A DNA stretch of 64,000 nt from Octopus vulgaris (lineage: Eukaryota): positions 14,694,001 through 14,758,000 of the forward strand of contig OX597822.1 in NCBI GenBank assembly GCA_951406725.2, in the 5' to 3' direction. The notes under the pieces are model-generated. The model did no database searches. It saw only the letters and a program-made list of their open reading frames with translations, and was not told the origin of the DNA. Made by a program: the position numbers and the translations under genes. Within the stretch, counting starts at the first letter, position 1. Each line of letters starts with the position of its first letter. Shown in pieces: positions 55,304 to 64,000 of the stretch.

Positions 55304-55410
55304 ATTTCTTATACGATATACCGTTTCATCTGCTGATTAATGGTAAACTAACCTGATTAAATTAAATCAAGCCAATCTTCCACAGGCCCTCAGATTCTTC
55401 AGTAAGAAAT
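55304..55410 (-). ncRNA. Type I hammerhead ribozyme, unit 1
   Basis: ATTTCTTA-CTGAAGA-ATCTG(58 nt)CAGAT-GAAA-CGG(tata)TCG-TA-TAAGAAAT. Stem I is 8 bp, stem II 5 bp and stem III 4 bp, with an intact core and a GUA site. Confidence 0.85.
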
Positions 55411-55797
55411 AGCCCAAGACGGAACAGATATTTTCACGAGGCATTTCCGACGTTGCCAAGTTAATATCTGACCTAAAATTTTCAAATCGTCGCACTCGCG
55501 CCAAATTTATCGGCAGCAAATAAATATAAGCCGCCGATTCCATTACGGAATTAACCAGAAAATTCATAATTAATCAATATAGGGTGGCAAAAAAAAATTT
55601 TGTAGAATTCTTTTGCCACCAGCGGCCTAGTAGGAAAAGATTAAAATAGTCATAGACCATTTTTAAGTTCAACATTAACAATAAAGGAACGGCCATAATA
55701 GGCCATTCACCCACTAGAAATAACAGCCAAAGCTTCAACCGCAAATAAAAGTTAATTCAGTAAACCAGGAGAAAATTTAAAAAACATTTACCCTGTA

Positions 55798-55904
55798 ATT
55801 TCTTATACGATATACCGTTTCATCTGCTGATTAATGGTAAACTAACCTGATTAAATTAAATCAAGCCAATCTTCCACAGGCCCTCAGATTCTTCAGTAAG
55901 AAAT
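55798..55904 (-). ncRNA. Type I hammerhead ribozyme, unit 2
   Basis: Identical to 55304-55410. Confidence 0.85.
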
Positions 55905-56290
55905 AGCCCAAGACGGAACAGATATTTTCACGAGGCATTTCCGACGTTGCCAAGTTAATATCTGACCTAAAATTTTCAAATCGTCGCACTCGCGCCAAAT
56001 TTATCGGCAGCAAATAAATATAAGCCGCCGATTCCATTACGGAATTAACCAGAAAATTCATAATTAATCAATATAGGGTGGCAAAAAAAATTTTGTAGAA
56101 TTCTTTTGCCACCAGCGGCCTAGTAGGAAAAGATTAAAATAGTCATAGACCATTTTTAAGTTCAACATTAACAATAAAGGAACGGCCATAATAGGCCATT
56201 CACCCACTAGAAATAACAGCCAAAGCTTCAACCGCAAATAAAAGTTAATTCAGTAAACCAGGAGAAAATTTAAAAAACATTTACCCTGTA

Positions 56291-56397
56291 ATTTCTTATA
56301 CGATATACCGTTTCATCTGCTGATTAATGGTAAACTAACCTGATTAAATTAAATCAAGCCAATCTTCCACAGGCCCTCAGATTCTTCAGTAAGAAAT
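56291..56397 (-). ncRNA. Type I hammerhead ribozyme, unit 3
   Basis: Identical to 55304-55410. Confidence 0.85.
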
Positions 56398-56689
56398 AGC
56401 CCAAGACGGAACAGATATTTTCACGAGGCATTTCCGACGTTGCCAAGTTAATATCTGACCTAAAATTTTCAAATCGTCGCACTCGCGCCAAATTTATCGG
56501 CAGCAAATAAATATAAGCTATATTGATTAATTATGAATTTTCTGGTTAATTCCGTAATGGAATCGACGGCTTATATTTATTTGCTGCCGATAAATTTGGC
56601 GCGAGTGCGACGATTTGAAAATTTTAGGTCAGATATTAACTTGGCAACGTCGGAAATGCCTCGTGAAAATATCTGTTCCGTCTTGGGCT

Positions 56690-56796
56690 ATTTCTTACTG
56701 AAGAATCTGAGGGCCTGTGGAAGATTGGCTTGATTTAATTTAATCAGGTTAGTTTACCATTAATCAGCAGATGAAACGGTATATCGTATAAGAAAT
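56690..56796 (+). ncRNA. Type I hammerhead ribozyme, inverted unit
   Basis: Stem I 56690-56697 / 56789-56796, CTGAAGA 56698-56704, GAAA 56773-56776, predicted cleavage after GTA at 56788. Confidence 0.85.
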
Positions 56797-56915
56797 TACA
56801 GGGTAAATGTTTTTTAAATTTTCTCCTGGTTTACTGAATTAACTTTTATTTGCGGTTGAAGCTTTGGCTGTTATTTCTAGTGGGTGAATGGCCTATTATG
56901 GCCGTTCCTTTATTG

Positions 56916-56966
<51 letters not shown>

Positions 56967-57434
56967 CTGTAGGAATAGATAGGTAGATAAGATAGATAGC
57001 TACATCAAGGTGCCACGTACAAGAAATGATGCCTGACATCTTAATCTCACTAACAGATACGAACATATGCATATGTTTGTGACTGTCTCTTCCTCTCTCC
57101 CTCTCTCACATTGCCATCTGCCGTTGGTTTGTTTTCGTTCCAGCAACCTAAACACTTTTTCAGAAATATTGAAGGTTTCCTGAAAACTAAATACAACACA
57201 TACCAACACGGAGTGTTTGTGTAGATTATATATATACTAATGGGGTGAAAGTGTTTGGAGTTTTAAACAGCTTAAAATAAGGACATTGGACAGTTAGTTT
57301 CAACCTAGTTTACCGACAGTCATAACGTTTCTCGCTTCTTCTGATATCATGTTATCAATTACGTGGATAGAAACATAATTAGGCGATTGTGCATCAACTC
57401 ATTAACATTCATGCATGCATCCATACACTCACGG

Positions 57435-57499
<65 letters not shown>

Positions 57500-57573
57500 T
57501 AGCTATGTAAGTGTATATACATATATATAAATATATATATATATGTATATATATATATACATACATATACATA

Positions 57574-57624
<51 letters not shown>

Positions 57625-57887
57625 TCATAGGTATATATGTATATACGTATGTATACTTTTATAAATCTTGTGTATGTATATAAACACATATTTACATTCA
57701 TGCATATATTCATAAATACATTCACAGACACACACTCACACACAAGCTTGAATGTCCTTACAGATATTACCGTCACGTTTAGTCTTATTGAAATATTGAA
57801 AGAAATTTCAAATCGCTGATATTTGCGGTTGAAGTAAAGACAAACATCAACAGAACTGGAAGATTACGAGAATTGAAGAATTGAAGA

Positions 57888-57910
57888 ATGGATGTCGCAG
57901 AAAACACACG
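57888..57910 (+). CDS. Putative first coding segment of transporter copy 3 (MDVAENTR)
   Basis: Same 23-nt segment and donor as copies 1 and 2. Confidence 0.6.
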
Positions 57911-58189
57911 GTTTGCTTGTATTTTACCTTTTATAATAGAAATTGTCGGGGTTGCTGCTGCTGCTGTTGTTGTTCTGGTGTTGCTGTTGTTGTCATAGTC
58001 TTTGTTGCTTTTATTCTCATTGTTGTGGTTGTTGTTATTGTTGTAGCTATAAACGGGACTAAAACACTAAAATTATGCCCTATTGGGTTTTTACGAAATG
58101 GAGTAATGTTATTGAAATAGATATAGCTGCTGTGTCTAGCAGAGAGGGAAATCCGAATTGACTCACTGTCGCTGTTGTTGCTGATGTTG

Positions 58190-58260
<71 letters not shown>

Positions 58261-58543
58261 ATAGTGCTACTATTATTACTAACACCACCACAACCACCAC
58301 CAGTACTACTATCCCCAGCAAAGTTGAATAGACGTACACAGTGAGGACATCAGATTGACGCTTAGTGAAAGTCTTAGGTAGAATAAATAGGAGCGGAAAC
58401 GATGTTTCGAGCATAACTCATCGTCGGAAAGAGGAAGAAAAACAGGAAGGAACAAAAAGTTCGGAGTACAAAATTTATTTGGCGTTACATGACCAATATA
58501 ACTCCTCTCCTAAAAAACCGCTTTCACTCCTGGTCCTTAACAT

Positions 58544-58584
<41 letters not shown>

Positions 58585-59682
58585 TCCATCAATATTTTCT
58601 AAAATTAAGGCTACCATTAGTTTCACGTTAAGAAAAGTATTAAAATATCCTAGTGGGAAATATTAAGAAAATCGCTAAGACACTAGGATATTCTCCTACT
58701 TTACTTAACATGAAACCAAAGCTAGCCTTAATTTACAAATATATATGTAGTTAGTTTCTTGATAATTTGATATTTTATAATTTTAATGTTTTTCCTTTCT
58801 TTCCTTCCTGCCAAAATATTTTCGTAATTCAATTAATTATCACCAAAATGATCAATCTATACTGTTTAAATAAACTGAATAACCAACCGATTGCCTAACA
58901 TTAAAGAAAAGAAATTCAACCAGGATAGATTTGAAACTCGGACTGAGCTAATGTTAGAAAACAGAGGCAAAGTTTGAGCTCGGTAGGGTTTGAACTCTGG
59001 GCACAAAGTGGCGAACGAAATAATAGTTTCTAGTTTAAGTTCGATGACAGCAATTCTAAGGGGTGAGGGTGGGGGTTGGTACACTAATATATCGATCGTG
59101 AGGCAAAGTTCATCAGTCGGATTTGAACACAGAATGTATAGAACCAAAAGATATAACGAAAGCAATTTTTTCCACATCCTGACGATTCTACGAACTCAAT
59201 ATAGGCGCAGGTGTGACTGTGGGATAGGCCATTTGTTTCCCGACCAAATTGCTCTGGGTTCAGTCCCACTGCTTGACACCTTGGGCAAGTGTAAATTAAT
59301 ATAGACTCGGGTCGACCAAAGCTTTGGGAATGAATGTTGTATATGGAAACAAAGAAACCCGCAGCATATGTGTGTGTGTGTGTGTGTGTGCGCGCGCGCT
59401 CGCGCTTGATCACTGTTTGTCCCCACCACCGCTTGAAGTCCGGTGTTGTTACGCTTAGACACTCGTAAATTAGCGGTTGGGCAAAAGTAACCGATAGATG
59501 AAGTACCAAACCTAAAGAAAAGGAAAATTAGTGGGATCGATTCTTCAAGGCGGCAGCTCAGCATGATTAAAGCAAGTAAATGCTTGTTACTCTGACCCCT
59601 TCTCTCATCGCGCTACTCTATACTGTGTCTCTGACAGTTTTCATATTATACTAAATAAAGATTTGATTCTTTGTCTTTCCAG

Positions 59683-59882
59683 TAGAACCAAGAAACGATC
59701 CGTGCAAGAGGCCATCGTCGCTGCTTTGGTAGTATTTTCCGTTTTTGTTACCAACATACTAATATTTGGTTTCAGTGCTGTTCTACCAATTTACCTCGTA
59801 GAATTCAAGAAGGTCTTTCCAGACTTACACGATCTTGTGCTTTTGATAGTGTTTTTACCTTCAAGTGTGTTTGGTATTGCTG
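59683..59882 (+). CDS. SLC16/MCT-like transporter copy 3, 200/197-bp exon
   Basis: Acceptor ctttcCAG|TAG|AACC and donor GCTG|gtaagt. Confidence 0.9.
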
Positions 59883-60380
59883 GTAAGTACCTATTGTCGG
59901 TATGTACCCGCTATATCCATTAGTAGCGGTCACAGACCACCTGGTCTTCTTCTAGTTTGTTTAATAGTCAAAGCAAGTATAATTATATGAATTCCTTACA
60001 TTTTTGAATAATTAGTTTAGAGTGTCAACTTGGAGGACAGCTGAAGCTGAGTTTCTTAAAATACGAAAATGTGAAAAAAAAGATAATGTAGCAATCTAAG
60101 CGCAGGAGTGGCTGTGTGGTAAGAAGCTCGTATTGCAACCACATGGTTCCAGGTTCTGCGTGGCACACTTGGGAAATTGACTTCTAAAATAGCCCCGGGC
60201 CAACAAATGCATTTTGCGTGGATTTGACAGACGGAAACATAAAAAAGAACATCACATGCATGCACACATACATGCATACATACATACATACATACATACA
60301 TACATGCATACATACATACATGCATACATACATACATACATACATGCATGCATGCATACATACATGCATACATACATACA

Positions 60381-62225
60381 CACTCTTTCTTTGTGGATGA
60401 CTTAAAACTTTATGTGAAGAATATGCACGAGATGAAAAAGAGCCTTGGCCTAGTTATGACATTCTCAAAGGATGTAGGGTTGGAGTTTGGTTTGAATAAA
60501 TGTTGTTATATAGATGTGAAAATGGGAAGAACTATAAACCAGACTAGTATCATCTCCACCAATGATTTCACTGTTTCCCCTGTATCTGACGAGGAATGTT
60601 ATATGATTCTAAGGGTGGATGAAAATATATCTTACAGTGGCACATGTAACAAAACACGTGTCACTAAAGAATATTACAGCCGAATAAAGAAAATTTGAAC
60701 CTCAGAACTCTTTGCATTCAATAAAACAGTGGCATACAATGTGTTTGCAGTGTCAGTATTCATGCCAACTTTTGGGCTGCTTGATTGGACGCTTGACGAG
60801 ATCCGAGCCATTGATGTGAAAACCCGGAAAATACTTACAAGCACACAAAATTTCCACATAAACAGTAACGTAGACCGCCTCTACCTAAAACGAAATCAAG
60901 GCGGCAGAGGCTTCACATCGATCCAACATTCCTTTGAATGTCGTATCATATCCCTTTGGCCACATTTTTGACCACCAAGTGTCGAAGTGCATCCCTTGAT
61001 CAAGTTTGCATACCTGAAGATGATAACATCACAAGACTTGGAAGGCAGCTCCTTGAGCAACATTGCTTGTCTGATAACCTTAAATACATGCCCAAAGAAG
61101 TCGCACGACTCTACCGCAACGTATCATCAGATGAAAGGATGAGCGTATATGAGCAGAAGACTATGCATGGATATGTTAGTAGAAAGCTCCGTGATGATAG
61201 CAACATCGATTATCAAAGCAGTTTATCATGTACCAATAGCCAAATTACTACCTCCCACTTTGAAGGGTATGCGCTTGCAATCCAGGAACAGGAAATATCA
61301 ACGAAGTACCAGATGCTCAAAAGGGATAGAGATGCAGGAAAAGCCGTAAAATGTAAAAACTGATGCAGACTTTGCAGAGTTCACACTGAAGATATCACCT
61401 ACATCATAAACAGTTGTCCAAAAATGTCATCCCGATATCCTCAACTGATAAGACATAATGTTGTAGCTAGGACAATCAATAACGAAATCCGTCGGAAGTG
61501 TAATCCCGAGGAGAAAGAAATATAAACCCACAACATGGTAGAAGCCATAGCCACTCATAAAGAAAAGGAATACTGGTGGAATGTACCAGTAAAGACCTCG
61601 ATGAAAAAGCACGACAGACCGGATATAGTGATTTGGGATAGAGAACAGAAACTGTGTACAGTTGTGGAAATTAGTTGCCCAGTGGATGTTAACATAAAGC
61701 TGAAGATCAGTGAAAAAGAGAATGCCTACGCTGAACTATTGAGAAATCTGCAGTTACTCTGCGCAAATTACAAGTTCAGGTTTATACCTGTAATTATTGG
61801 GGCCCTGGGATATGTAACATACTGCCTAAATGCCAATCTTGAAAAATTAGGCTTTCCGAAACGAGAAAGGAGAAAGCGTTAATTTGTAAACTACAGATCC
61901 AATCCATCACTGGAACTGTAAAAATCTGTAAAACTTTCCAGAAGTGTATCATTTAAATATATATGAGCATGATTAGATATGCAAATATATGCATGAGAAT
62001 ACAAATATAAAACATACAAGTCTGCACGTACACACATAAATACATACATACATACATACATACATACATACATACATACATACATACATACATACATACA
62101 TACATACATACATACAAAAATACCCTCTTGTTGATGTTGAAATTCCAATGAAGGAACCTTGGATCTAGGTTAGAAACAGGTTCTTTCTCTACTGGCAAGA
62201 AATCTTGAAATAAACTGAATAATGA
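60381..62225 (+). mobile_element. 5'-truncated RLE-type (R4/Dong-like) LINE embedded in (CATA)n/(CA)n
   Basis: HSFFVDDLKLY, GLEFGLNKC, DRLYLKRNQGGRG, EGYALAIQEQEI, CRLC...YIINSC, RPDIVIWD, EISCP and PVIIGALG, with stops and frameshifts. Confidence 0.85.
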
Positions 62226-62237
62226 CATACATGCATG

Positions 62238-62292
<55 letters not shown>

Positions 62293-62602
62293 ACACATAC
62301 ACACACACACACAAACATACACACACACTTATACATACATTCATGAGGTCGAGTTGACCCAAAGCTTGCGAGTGGAACTGAGTAGGCAAAAGCTGTACAG
62401 AATCCTTCGAGTGTTTGTAACTCTGATTCAGTTTCTACCAATTACGTTTATTGAACAATTAAATATCGTCAGAAATTCCAACCTAGATCCGTTGTTTATT
62501 AGTTACTGGTAAATAAAATATCATTAACAATATTATAACTCATTAATTAATTGAATCCCAATGAATCATTAAAATACTATTTTCTTCTTTTTTCGCTCTT
62601 AG

Positions 62603-62746
62603 GTTTCATGGTTGGAATATTTCTCACTAAATTTGGCGTAAGAACCACTGGCATCGTGGGAAGCCTTTGTCTTACCCTTTCTATTGGCGCTCCATCGTTC
62701 TCTTCGAGTATTTATGTTTTATTGGGATGTTTCAGTCTTTTGCCAG
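62603..62746 (+). CDS. SLC16/MCT-like transporter copy 3, 144-bp exon (gene continues beyond the window)
   Basis: Acceptor ttcgctcttag|GTTTC and donor CCAG|gtttgt. Almost identical to 7344-7487. Confidence 0.9.
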
Positions 62747-62875
62747 GTTTGTATTGCCCAGTGATTTAGAAAAGCCTTCACGAACAAATGTTGCACGCAT
62801 ATATATATATATATATATATATTCGTTTTGCAAGATTTTTGATGTGAAATCTTGCGTTGAAACATATATTGTTGT

Positions 62876-63670
62876 ATTTAGGGATGGTCATTTTGCCAGT
62901 TTAGCCAATAAAACACACGCACTATATATTTGGTGTTAATTTGCTTCAGCTTTATTGTATTTTTTTTAACTTAATCGTATTTCGGCCAGAGTTCTTTTGT
63001 CACACTTATGTGACCTCATCAGTGGTCCTTTGCTTTCTTCATTCTTATATGATTATATATATATAGAACAGACGCAACGCTTAGACAAATTACAGAAGCT
63101 ACACACATAATAGAAGATAACGCTAGCCTGAATAGGAAACTAGAATGGAACACTAGCACACACACCCAACACACCACAACATATGACAGAATAAGATACC
63201 ATAAGCTGATAACAATATGAACAAAATATAATACAATACACAGATAAACAAATGAAATTAAATAACTATAGACATTTACAAAATTAAAAATTAAAAATTA
63301 ATTAAATTAAATACAAAAAATGAATAGAAAAAATAATAAGTAGGTATAAACACATGAACAAAATAAATAAAAACAAATTAAACGAACGTGTATAAACAGA
63401 GGATGAATATAATATTGGCACTTCCCCCCAACACACACACACGCACCTACTAAGCATAGACACACATAGGGGTATACGCATGCGCAAGACACACAAATCA
63501 GAAAGAAGAAAGCAAAGGACCACTGATGAGGTCACAGGAGTGTGACGAAAAAACTCTGGCCGAAATACTATTAAGGTAAAAAAATAAAATAACGCTGAAG
63601 CAATTTAACACCAAATATATAGTACGTGTGTTTTTATTAGCTAAACTGGCAACCTAACCATCCCAAATAA
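62876..63670. repeat. Diverged inverted repeat (62876-63040 / 63505-63670) with hammerhead relics at 62984-63028 (-) and 63517-63561 (+)
   Basis: ggaCCA-CTGATGA-g-GTCACA(ggag)TGTGAC-GAAA-aaa-CTC-TGGcc on plus. The minus arm has loop TAAG and AAAAGAACTC. Confidence 0.65.
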
Positions 63671-64000
63671 AATATGTGTGTGTATTTTCATATACATGTG
63701 TGTGTGTGTGTGTGTTTTCTTGCTTTCTATGCATATTGTAAAACGTTTAACGCTAATCATAGATATGATAATGAATTCAAATGTCACTTATCGCTTTCTG
63801 AAACTTTATTATCGAAAGAACGCAAATCATAAATCTTTTTACTTTATCTTTATGGGCTTCGAGGAAAAGAGAAGTCTTTATAATTTGACCAGGCTGAAGT
63901 CATTGACGTGGTCAACATCTCCATAAGTACTTTGTCCAGAATAGTGGAGAGGTGGAAGTGCAAGAGTGTCTGACAGAATCTCTAATGGTATTTATTCCAG

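Larger units (their letters stand above)
55072..56920. repeat. 494-bp tandem array (about 2.9 units) plus an abutting inverted partial unit; retrozyme / PLE pseudo-LTR-like
   Basis: Units start at 55072, 55566 and 56060 and are almost identical. The inverted copy runs 56518-56920. (TA)n flanks both sides, and each unit has one hammerhead. Confidence 0.93.

Noticed and set aside
55367-56733. Repeated 66-aa ORF MNFLVNSVMES...
   Set aside because: It recurs only because the DNA unit is repeated. It has no recognisable domain, overlaps the ribozyme, and shows no evidence of coding constraint.
55072-56920. CRISPR array or simple satellite interpretation of the tandem repeat
   Set aside because: There are no unique spacers and the context is eukaryotic. 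The embedded hammerhead and inversion fit a retroelement better.

Overview
This is eukaryotic, AT-rich, microsatellite-dense animal DNA. The SINE and repeat content looks like a coleoid cephalopod, most likely Octopus (pattern recognition, not a database hit). The host genes are three paralogues of an SLC16/monocarboxylate-transporter-like MFS carrier: copy 1 is complete on the minus strand (about 423-18595), copy 2 is complete on the plus strand (about 23447-45405, head-to-head with copy 1), and copy 3 is on the plus strand and runs off the window (from 57888). Introns and spacers contain Helitrons, mariner elements, R4/Dong-type RLE LINEs sitting in microsatellites, an APE-type LINE relic, tRNA-derived SINEs and Penelope-like (GIY-YIG) elements. 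The most striking signal is a set of hammerhead-ribozyme folds. A near-perfect 494-bp tandem plus inverted array (55072-56920) carries a fully paired type I hammerhead in every unit and looks like a retrozyme. Further hammerheads lie in Penelope-type inverted repeats, including candidate G3-C8 and U3-A8 core variants. Most short ORFs in the track are microsatellite translations.
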